A stretch of 34,762 bases of DNA from Trichomonas gallinae (Eukaryota), in assembly GCA_008369845.1 (NCBI GenBank), contig MRSU01011368.1, positions 1 to 34,762 of the forward strand, given 5' to 3'. The notes beneath the pieces are model-generated. The model worked only from the letters and a program-made list of their open reading frames with translations. It searched no databases and was not told the DNA's origin. Position 1 is the first letter of the stretch. Every line of letters begins with the position of its first letter. The position numbers were made by a program, and so were the translations under genes. Shown in pieces: positions 1-10,100 of this stretch.

Positions 1-114
1 TCACCTCAATTTTTCCGCCAAAGGTTATTCTATGGCGAGGGCCTTCACCATACTATTGGCTGGCATGGCACGAGCCTTAAAAATCAGGTGCAAAACACAT
101 TAAATCTATTATAA
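1..114 (+). CDS. Probable 3' end of a gene that starts before the window (frame uncertain)
   Basis: The first ~100 nt are much more GC-rich than the AT-rich spacer that follows. Frame 1 is open to TAA 112-114 (SPQFFRQRLFYGEGLHH...NLL*). Frame 2 is open to TAA 101-103 (HLNFSAKGYSMARAFTILLAG...KTH*). Both stops are TAA+A. Confidence 0.45.
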   Translation, partial: SPQFFRQRLFYGEGLHHTIGWHGTSLKNQVQNTLNLL

Positions 115-357
115 ATGATTTTATGTTATTTTAACTTTCTTTACTACCAAGAAAAAATCATAAAATTCAAACAAATCTAAAATTATTACAAAAACAAAAA
201 ATTTAGATAATTTCGCACGTTTTACGGGCGCGGGGGCGCACTTCAATATGTGCGAAATATTCAATTATCATGATTATGATTATTTTCATTTTAAATAACA
301 TCAAAATTTGAATTGAAAATAATCGTATGCAAGATAATATTTGATTTCCTTTCTCGA

Positions 358-365
358 AAAGTGAC
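358..365 (+). promoter_or_regulatory. AAAGTGAC motif (Trichomonas M2-like core promoter/5'UTR element)
   Basis: Exact AAAGTGAC 8 nt upstream of ATG 374. Matches my recollection of the T. vaginalis M2 motif. Confidence 0.5.
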
Positions 366-373
366 ATCAAAGC

Positions 374-2335
374 ATGGAAACTACCGAAAATGTTAACAAT
401 CCCGAAAATATTGACCAAAAAACAGTCCCTAAGAAGCCAATAAGAATACAGAGACCTTTAACACGAAGACAGCGCGAAAAACTCGAAGAACAAAGAGCAA
501 CAGTTCTTGATAAAGTCTTAAAACAGTCAATTTTCCCACTTGGCGTTTTATTCTTCTTCATATTCATGAATTTCATTAAGCCATGGCTCGAAAAAGTCAT
601 TCCTGACGCAGAAAATGAATTTATGTACTGCTCTTTCAAAGAAAATGAAAGTATTAAGTTCAGATTCTATCTCTCAACATACAAGGAACTTCAACTTCAC
701 AGACCAAAGTCATACAAACTCATTGCAGAATCAGGTAGTTTTCCATATCATGTGAAATACTTCAGAGAAACACTTTTAGAAACAAATTACACTCTAAACT
801 TGAATCCTAAGATTTTCTCGAATAAAACAGAAAGATATTGGGTTTTAATTGCTTCATCCGAAACATGTGATTTCAAAGACGAGATAAGCAAAGATGGAAG
901 ATTGTGCTTCAACAGCTATTGGTCGGCACCAATTGTTCGCTGGGAAGAGAAAGAGCGTAAGAATGTAAGAAACCTCGTTTTCGATGAAGTTCAGGAAGAA
1001 GATACAAATCAGCATCCTTACACATACGAAAATGTTACATTCGATATTGTTTATACAAACAGGCCAATTAAAACACATTATCTCGCTCATCATAATTATA
1101 TGTATATTAGATTTAGTGAAGCTGATAAATTCTTCATTTGCCCAGTTTCAGAGAATAGATATATGCACGTTCCTATTCACCGCACATGGTTAAATGAAAC
1201 TGAAGATTATAACATTTCTTATCACATCAAAATCCAGCTTAAGAAGTACTTCCTTTGGGATCAGCAGCTTGTAATGGATGATGAGCCACGTCCGCAAATG
1301 AAGAAAGTCGTTGAAACAATTAAGATTGCATCTGTTGATAATCCACCGTGGTTGTTCTGGGGGTATATTGTCTTAACATTCACAAAGACAATCATGAAAA
1401 TTGTTGCTTTCAAGGAAGATATCGAAATGTGGAGTAGTATTAAGAATTTCAAAGGCATTTCCGCAAGATCTATTTGCTTTGAGTTATTCAGCGGCATAAT
1501 CTTCATATTATATATCTACGATGAGCATAAAAACTACCTCGAAATCGCCTTCATTGGTTTTGGTGTCATATCTACAAGCTACAAACTCTTCAAGCTCTAC
1601 AAACCAATCATGGACTGGCCATACTTCGAGTGGCAGGGTGGTGATGACCCAGAGACAAGACAGTTCGATGAAGAAGCAGGCAAGTACGCCATGTATGGCT
1701 TCGTTCCTCTTCTCATTGGCTACACAATTTACTCATTCTTCAGTCTTAAATTCACAGGCTTCGTGTCTTTCGCCATCAAGACAACATTTAACTTTGTTGT
1801 TGCGTTTGGTTTCTTGCGCATGTTCCCTCAGATTTGGCTCAACTACAAGCTGAAGACTGTCGCCGGCATTTCGAAGCGCGTCCTCATCTACAAGCTCATC
1901 TCCACATTCATCGATGATATCCACTCTGTCGTCATGGACATGCCTCTCCTCTACAAGATCACATGCTTCAGAGATGACTTCGTCTTCTTCATCTGGATTT
2001 ACCAATACTTCCATTACGAAGTCGACGCAACTCGTGCAAACGAATACGGTGAAATCCTCGAGAAAATTGACGAAGAACCAGAATATAACGAAGAAGAGGA
2101 TGAAGAATTCATCAAACCAATTCCAGCTAAATCACAACAAAAAGTTGAAGAAATTAAAGAAGAGGATGAAGAATTCATCAAACCTATTCCAGCCAAACCA
2201 CAACCAGAAGAAAAGGTTGAAGAAGATGTTAAAGATGATGAAGGAAAGGTCGAAAAAGAGATTAAGGCTGACGAAAAGCCGAAGAAGGCTCCTGTATCAA
2301 ATCTCAAGAAAGGTAGAAATGCCGATAACTTTTAA
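374..2335 (+). CDS. CLPTM1/CLPTM1L-family multi-pass ER membrane protein (putative lipid scramblase)
   Basis: 653-aa ORF with an N-terminal TM, a large lumenal domain and a multi-TM C-terminal half. It carries the family signatures AFKEDIEMW, GISARSI, MFPQIWLNYKLKTVA, YKLISTFIDD, CFRDDFVFFIWIYQ and VDATRANEYG. Acidic tail. Confidence 0.92.
   Translation: METTENVNNPENIDQKTVPKKPIRIQRPLTRRQREKLEEQRATVLDKVLKQSIFPLGVLFFFIFMNFIKPWLEKVIPDAENEFMYCSFKENESIKFRFYLSTYKELQLHRPKSYKLIAESGSFPYHVKYFRETLLETNYTLNLNPKIFSNKTERYWVLIASSETCDFKDEISKDGRLCFNSYWSAPIVRWEEKERKNVRNLVFDEVQEEDTNQHPYTYENVTFDIVYTNRPIKTHYLAHHNYMYIRFSEADKFFICPVSENRYMHVPIHRTWLNETEDYNISYHIKIQLKKYFLWDQQLVMDDEPRPQMKKVVETIKIASVDNPPWLFWGYIVLTFTKTIMKIVAFKEDIEMWSSIKNFKGISARSICFELFSGIIFILYIYDEHKNYLEIAFIGFGVISTSYKLFKLYKPIMDWPYFEWQGGDDPETRQFDEEAGKYAMYGFVPLLIGYTIYSFFSLKFTGFVSFAIKTTFNFVVAFGFLRMFPQIWLNYKLKTVAGISKRVLIYKLISTFIDDIHSVVMDMPLLYKITCFRDDFVFFIWIYQYFHYEVDATRANEYGEILEKIDEEPEYNEEEDEEFIKPIPAKSQQKVEEIKEEDEEFIKPIPAKPQPEEKVEEDVKDDEGKVEKEIKADEKPKKAPVSNLKKGRNADNF
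2093..2227 (+). repeat. In-frame two-copy tandem duplication (66-nt period) in the CLPTM1 tail
   Basis: EEDEEFIKPIPAKSQQKVEEIK / EEDEEFIKPIPAKPQPEEKVEEDVK; GAAGAGGATGAAGAATTCATCAAACC occurs at 2093 and 2159. Confidence 0.9.
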
Positions 2336-2623
2336 ACAACTAATATATGTTATAGCAATACGAAAAGAAAATGTTTATAGTGTTTTCACTCTTTTTTTTA
2401 CGATTCCACAGAAAATGAAAATTAACCAAAATTAACTCAAAAATACGATAAATCAGGATGAAACACGCGCGAATAAGACATATTATGGAATGATATAACT
2501 AATAGAGATAAAAAAATCTGTGTTTTTCTTTTATTGGGTTAATTTTTCAATTTTTTTAACCCACACATATGATTAGATATGTTTTGTAATCTCAGAAAAA
2601 ATTGGTTAAAAATCAAAAATTTT

Positions 2624-2639
2624 AGCGGTTATTTCCATT
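2624..2639 (+). promoter_or_regulatory. M3-like (Myb-site) core promoter element plus Inr-like CCATT
   Basis: AGCGGTTA (2624-2631) fits the DRCSGYTD consensus as I recall it. CCATT follows at 2635-2639, just before ATG 2642. Confidence 0.4.
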
Positions 2640-2641
2640 GA

Positions 2642-3460
2642 ATGTCTAGTAGCATTGTGGACCTTGCGCAAGTTCCAAAATGGAGCGATGCAGGTCCACA
2701 ATGGATGAATGATGTGACTCTTCCTCGAAGATTTCGCGTAATTTCAGGAAAAAACGAAGAAATAAATAATTTAATTTCGATTTGGAATTATGGGGACTCA
2801 ACTAAACTAAAAATCGATGCTGTAGTTAACAGAACGAACAACAACTTCACTACTGGAGGCGCTTTGTTCACAAGCCTTAACAATGCGGCTGGCCCGTCTC
2901 TAGCGGCCGCCTGCCGAGAAATTGGGCGTTGCGAAGATTGTAATACTGCTATAACACCGGGATTCTTGCTGCCCGCGAAGTTTGTAATACATACTGTCGG
3001 TCCAACTGGTGATCAGGATGAAGAATTAGAATCGACACTAGACTCTGTTTTTTCGCATCTCAATGGTACTACCATAAGATCAATTGGGATGGCACCTTTT
3101 TTCATAGAAGACAATGGTTTTTCTTTGGGACGCGCAATTCAAATCGCGTTTCATAAGACTAGACAGTTCTTAGAAATACCAGAAAACAGACGAAAAGTAG
3201 ATAGAATAGTTTTTATTGTTACTCAACCATATAGTTTTCCTATATTTGTGCGGTTAATGTACCTATACTTTCCCCTAGAGGAATATAGCCCCGATGATGC
3301 AATCGGTAGCGATGTGATCATGGAGGAGGAAGATGAAGAATACTACTCAGATGAAGAATATTATATTGAAGAAAATAACGACTTGTTTGATTTTAATGGT
3401 GCTGATTCAGAACCAGAAATAAGTACTGAAGAGCACGGAGCCTGTGAATTATCTATGTAA
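2642..3460 (+). CDS. Macro domain (Appr-1''-p processing family; GDAP2/MacroD-like) protein with acidic tail
   Basis: GDSTKLKIDAVVN, AAGPSL, ITPGFLLPAKFVIHTVGP, TRQFLE, DRIVF and YLYFP are macro-domain motifs. The N-terminal VDLAQVPKW resembles GDAP2. Confidence 0.88.
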   Translation: MSSSIVDLAQVPKWSDAGPQWMNDVTLPRRFRVISGKNEEINNLISIWNYGDSTKLKIDAVVNRTNNNFTTGGALFTSLNNAAGPSLAAACREIGRCEDCNTAITPGFLLPAKFVIHTVGPTGDQDEELESTLDSVFSHLNGTTIRSIGMAPFFIEDNGFSLGRAIQIAFHKTRQFLEIPENRRKVDRIVFIVTQPYSFPIFVRLMYLYFPLEEYSPDDAIGSDVIMEEEDEEYYSDEEYYIEENNDLFDFNGADSEPEISTEEHGACELSM

Positions 3461-4164
3461 ATATTTGTTTTTATTGGATAACTTTCACCATTCATTTATT
3501 CGACCTCAAATACTCCTTAATGAAATCAAATATAGACAAGTTATAAGATTTTAAAGGAATTTAAAACAATGAAATGAATTCAACATCTAAGGTTTCATGT
3601 CGATCAACATCGCAATGGCAAAATATACAATGGATTATGTATAGAGTTTATCATAAGAAGATCTGACTGATCCGTCTTGTAATAGTGATTTAAATTCGAA
3701 ATCTTGAAATTTGGGAATTTTGCAATTATGTATATTTATATTCAACTTTATGCATTACCAAAATCATATTATTAAGTCATAAGCTTAAAGTTATATTTTT
3801 CCATAAATTATGAAATACGAAATTGATGAATTTAGTCATGATAAATATTCACATTCTACTCTATCTATTCATAATGTGATAAAACATCATCATTCAATTG
3901 AAAATTTTGAAATTTCGAAATTGACCAACTTTGACATGATATACATTCACATTTTGAGTAATATATTAATAAAATCATAATATTATGTTATAATTTTATA
4001 GTTTTTAACTTCCAAAAATTATAAATAACAAAAATAATAAATTTTATTGTGATATATATTTCCGTTTGGTAAGAAATATTAATAATATCATAGTTAAAAG
4101 CCATAAATTTCGTTTTCTAAATTTTTTTTCTATCGTCCTCGATGAACGTTATCTTGCGAAAGGG

Positions 4165-7100
4165 ATGTCTCAAGGCAAAGACGAAATGAACATTGAGCTC
4201 CCAAAAAACAGAACTATAGTCAAACCATTTCATCAAGATCAAGCTTATTCGCCACCTCGTGTGCTTTTTAACTCAAGAGCGCTCGATAAACAAACACAAG
4301 TATTCGATATTGTTACAAACGAAGAAGATAAGCAACAATTACCTCAAACAAATATTCTAAGCTTAGTGGCACTGAGAAATAAAACGGCAAAATCGAAAAA
4401 AAGACTAACTACATCTCGATTTAATCAGTCAATCGTTAATCAAGATGCACAAGCAAACATGAAATCGCTTTTGAGTCCCAGACCATTAACAGCTCTTCGA
4501 CCAAAACCAATGAATTCCGTTGAAATTGTGCAACATGATATCGAATTAGAGCGAGAATCTTTGGCTTTTCCAGAAGATCCTATTGCATACTTCTCGAAAT
4601 GCAAGGATGGATCTGGACATAGATTCATTTACTTGAATTACACATATAAAAGAGATGATCCGTTATTTAATCCTTACTCATTATCGAAAGTTCCATTTGC
4701 GGAAATCGATCCTGAATACTTTACTATGTCTGCAAATGGTGTGACGAGAATTCAGCCTGATGGAGATACTGAACACGTTTCGTTAGATTTATGGGCAAAA
4801 GAATCATCAATTTTCTTATCTATTCGCAAATTACAGATGTTTTCTAAATATTACTTCTGGAAGCCATTCAGAATTTGGAGAAATTTCGTAATGAAACAAA
4901 GATTTGAAACAATTCGAACTACAATTACTCAATATCCGATGTTTCACAACCCGCGATTCTTCCAGTCTACTGTCCAGCTCCTCAGAACAACATGCAATGC
5001 AATCATAAACAAATACTTGCTTCCTTTCGTGCCAGAAAAGAAATACAATCTCGATAGTTTCATAGATACTACGGAAAACAATTTCAAACTTTTGCACAAA
5101 GAATATCTACAATTCATAGCAGACATCGCGAAAGAAATTGTTGCAGTCGATAAATCAGTTCGTGATCCACAGCGTTTAGTTGTCAATGAGTCTAAATTCC
5201 CAGAAATTAAGCGAAAGAATCCAAATATTGAACAACTTAAAATTCTCGAAGTAAAAATAAATCAAGAAAAAATAAATCTCACGAAAATGGTCGACGAAGA
5301 AATCCAGGGCCTAGCAAATTACATCCTTCAGACAGATTATATTTTACTAGAATACCTCGCGAAAAGTTGTATGGTCTGCTGGAAGAACGCGAAAACTAAC
5401 ATAAGAGCTGATGCTGCATCGATTTTCCAAATAGAAGTTTCTTTGACTGACGTTGGAGAAATTTCTTTCACGCCGAATCTCAATGAACTGATTTCTACTG
5501 TTAGAGACACTCTCGATGACTCAATAGAAGTAGTAAACAAACTCCCAAGACTTGTGAATTACGAATCTTTGATCCCGTTTTTGCAGGAAAGATACAAAAG
5601 ACTGCAGAATGTTATAAACTCAGGTCCAACATTTTTAAATGTAATCCAAGACACCAAGAGCTTCCAAGAAACGAAAACAGAGATTCTAGAATATCTCACA
5701 ACAGTCTATAATGATGCTGTAGCACATTGTCAGCTATTTAAGGATTATTTTTCGATTTACGAAATGGGAAAAACGTGGACACCAGAAAGCTATGGGTATC
5801 CACGCGGCGGAAAATCAGTTAATTTCACTTTCAAAGACATCGATGACTCAATACATTTCGATCCATCGGAACAAATAATAGTAGACTTTTCGACAATTAG
5901 GCACGACATAGAACAGTTCAAACGCGACGAAATTAGAATGAACCAATTCCCATCATGCATAGTTCACGGAGCTTTGTTCGTTGACTCTAAGAACTTAAGA
6001 AACCTTTTGAGTCCAATTCCATCTAGATCACTTAAAGCAGCACACGCATATCTGGACAAAATGATGCAGGAGAAAATCGAGTATTTGACAAACATCTTCC
6101 ATTACTGCTCAAAGCATATTAAGAAAGAGCCACCGTCTTTAGAACAATATGTTGATTTTTGCGAATTCACTGCAGCTGTTTCTGAAATGTCTCCGTATTT
6201 AACACAAGAAATTTCTTTCGTTGATAACTTATTTAGTTTGTTTGAGTCCGCTGGCTTCCAGCCATCGGGTGACATAGATCTTTCAAAGAATCCTTTGCAT
6301 GATGAATTCAGGAGATTCAAGGCAGACCAAGGTGCTGGAATGATGATGAAAGAGCTCCACGAAGACAAATTCACAAAAGTTTTACAGTCAAGAGTTCTCG
6401 CCAGCAACAACAAACTCAACGAATACATGGACGAAATCCTTCAGTTCCCACCAACAATAGATGAATGTGACACACCAAAGAGCGTCAAATCTAGCTCGTT
6501 GATTGTCACGCAAATAGAATCACTCAAGAACGAAGTCGTTTTGCTCGCCCACTGCCAAGAAGTCCTTGGCGTGAAGTTTAACAATATAATTTCATATGAT
6601 ACTGTTCTCGAAACAGGCAAATTCATGGCCAAATTGTACAAGATTGTCGACGCATGGAAAGAGCTGAACTTAATGATTCAATCATCACCATTTGTTTCTA
6701 TCGATGTTGAAAGATTCTGCACAGATCTCGAGAAGCTTAATACAGAAGCAACAACACTCGCAAAAGATGCCAAACAAGAGAATCCATTGCTCGTTGAAGT
6801 CATTTCTAACTTGAACAAGATATTCCCATATATTCCACAGCTCCGCATGCTCTTCACAGGAAAGATGGAAGGCCAGCACTGGGTTAAACTGTTCGATGAA
6901 TGCGCGCAATCAGGCAAATACACTCCAGAAATCAAAATCATCGACCTTCTACAGTTGAACATTCTCGCAGAAAAAGAAAAGATCGAGAAAATTACTTCAA
7001 CATCCAAAGGAGAATCAGCACTCATCGAAGAGTTCAAGAAGATCTCAGCACACTGGGAAGAAGTTCAGCTTCCTTTGCGCGACGGACAACAAAAGGCAGA

Positions 7101-10100
7101 AGACTCTCTTTTGCTCGGCGACTTAAATCCTTTGTTCAAAGAAATCAGATCTTCACAAGCAGAGCTCCAGAAAATGCTGCAGATTCCATTTGTTCACGTT
7201 GTCAAGAAAGAATTATTGGAATTAGGCAGCAATTTGCAGCTTTACGCAGAGATTTTGGATACATGGAGATCTTTCCAATCGAACTGGGTCATTTTGCAGG
7301 CTTTCTTTTCTCTAGATGGAACAAGCGACATTCTTCCTGAACAATCAACAACATTCGCAATGGTGAGAAGAAGATGGATGTCTCTTGTTAGACATACACT
7401 CGAAAGAACAACTTTAGTACACGTTGCGAAATTCCCGTCGCTTTTAGAACACCTCACAGAAAACAACCAAGGTTTGGAGAACATCATTGGATCAATTTCT
7501 GCCTATATAGATCACAAGAGGAAGAAACTCCCAAGACTCTTCTTCCTTTCAGACAACGAAGTATTATCTCTTTATTCAACTACAGATTTCGAAATATTTT
7601 GTTCTCATTTATCGAAGATATTCATGCACATCACAGGATTTGATTCACAGACACAAGAAACTGCTGATGGAAAGCCGCAGAAATTCACAAACACGCAGAA
7701 TTTCACAAGACTCAAAATCATTGGCTTCATTGGAGAAAACACAGAAGTTTTGTCTCTCAGACAGAAAATCATGTGCACACTCACTGTCGAGGATTGGGTT
7801 ACACATCTTATGGATTCGATGAAATACTCCGTCAAGTACTTCTTCAATGAAGGATACAAAACATACACAACGATGCCTTTGACTGACTGGACAATGACAA
7901 TCACATCATACATCGCGGCTCTTGTTCTCTACACGACATTCACACGCGAAATAGAAGAGTGTTTCGCAAATGTCGAGAACAACGCAAAGGCGTTTTCCAA
8001 CTACGAAGCATTATTGAACCAAAGACTCAGTGATCTCACGAATTACACGCATTCTCCATTAGCACAGAGCGAACTTGCTAAGATATCTGTTATCATAACA
8101 ATCCTACAGCAACAAATTGCTTTGACGAGAGAATTTTCGGAAAGAATTCCTCAGTTTTCGCAGAAAATGAGCTGGAGGCAACATCTAAAGCTTAGATTCG
8201 ATGTTCAATCACAGAAGATCATGACAGAAATGGATGATTTCACAACTGAACACGGCTACGAATTCTGGGGAACATTCAGGCCTCTTATTTACACATCATC
8301 ATCTCACAAAGCTGTTCAAAGCCTTGTCAGGAACTCAATCAGTGGCTATCTTCCATATTTATTCGGTGCACCACAGTCAGGCAAGCATCAGCTTTTGTCT
8401 GCCGTTGCTGCACTGTTCGGCCAGTATGTTTTCGATGTTCCTGGCTACACATCAAAGACATCTTTCGACTTAGGCCACATTTTCATTGGCGCTGCATTAA
8501 CAGGCCACTGGGTTATTTTCAATGACGTCCAGCATCATTCTTTCACAACACTCACACATCTATTCGAGCGTTTCAGGTACTTCCAGGCAGAAATGCAGGG
8601 AATTAACACAAAGATTACACTCAACAACGTTGAATGGAACTTCAACAAACGCTGCAGATTCTTCTTAATAGGAAAAGATGATCCACTCAACAAAGAATGC
8701 GTTTTCCCATCACAGCTTTTGTCTATTCTCAAACCAGTCGCAATGATGAAGCCACAGTTCAAGGAAATCACGGAAATCAAACTTTCCGCTTCCGGTTTTA
8801 TGTCCACTAAGTACATTGCTCAAAAGCTTGTTATCCTCGTTGAGACAATTTCAACACTCTTCCCGTACTTGAAGAACAAGTACATGGTTACTGTTATTAC
8901 GTCAATAATTGATAATGGTACTGCAATGCTTCGCTATATCATGCATTCTAAAGGAATCCCTTTCTTACATTATTACGAGTCCGCTCGTTCTTGCGAAGAG
9001 TTCTGCATTGCACGCGCCACTTATGTATATTATTCGTACCACTTACACAACGATGATATTGATTCACTCATTCGCCTTCTTTATTCTCACTTCATGTTAT
9101 TCGACAGCTTCGATGTTTTCAAGTCTAATTTAACATCAGAGAAATACTTCCAGGAATACACAGAAGAAACAGCCATCAGATGGTTCTTCCACAACATTTC
9201 AAAGACAGCAAACTCAAATTCGAAAGTTCGCGAATATCTTATCGAAAGAGTTATTGATCTACACCAGTATTTGAAGATGTACAATGTTGTGGTTATCAAT
9301 GGACCTCCTTACAGTGGAAAATCATCCCTTCTTAAGATGCTATCTGAAGTTTATGAGTACGAGAATCCAGATTTCCAGTCGAAAGTTCCAAATCGTCAGC
9401 CAATCAGCAAAACAGACATTTACTTCGCTTCTGATAAATGGGAGAAGATTGTTGGAACTAAAGAAAACAACAAATGGAAGTTTGGTGAGATCCAGTCAGT
9501 ATTATATAATCTTCGCCAACAACCGCAGCCATCAATACAAATAGTCAAATTCGATGGCCCGATTTCTCCAGGATTTTCTGATTTCGTCAGCTCTCTTTAT
9601 AACGGAAACACATTAATGCTCAACAATTTCGACAGATACAGGGCTGATGAAGGAATGAGAGTCATCATTGAAACAAATGATCTTTCGTATCTCAAGCCAG
9701 ATGCAATTGGACGAGTTGGAATCTTAAATCTCTTGGATATTCACGTGATGCTGAATGAAGGATTGCAGGCCAAACAATGCAGCATTGTTAATCCAGAAAT
9801 AATCTTCGCTGAAGGTTCTAGAGAATCAAAGCTTCCACAGGAAACACTCGACAATCTCAAAGAACTGTTTGTCAATCTCGCTCCACAAGTCGTTAATTAC
9901 ATTTATCACACAAAGAACTTGATTTATTACAATGAGCATCCGACAATGCTCAAAGATGGAAATATTTATGTCGCGCACCATCTTCCTCTTGAAGTCGTCA
10001 AGTTTTGCTGTGCGTATCTAGAGACAAACGACAGTGATTGCCGGGATACAAACATTCTCAAGATTGCTATGGTACATTCATTCTTCGTTATCTACAAGAA

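Noticed and set aside
203..418. 71-aa minus-strand ORF
   Set aside because: Non-ATG start, overlaps the CLPTM1 start and promoter, and has low-complexity AT-driven composition.
4066..4164. TTG-initiated 33-aa N-terminal extension of the dynein ORF
   Set aside because: AT-rich promoter-like sequence. In a eukaryote the ATG at 4165 is the expected start.
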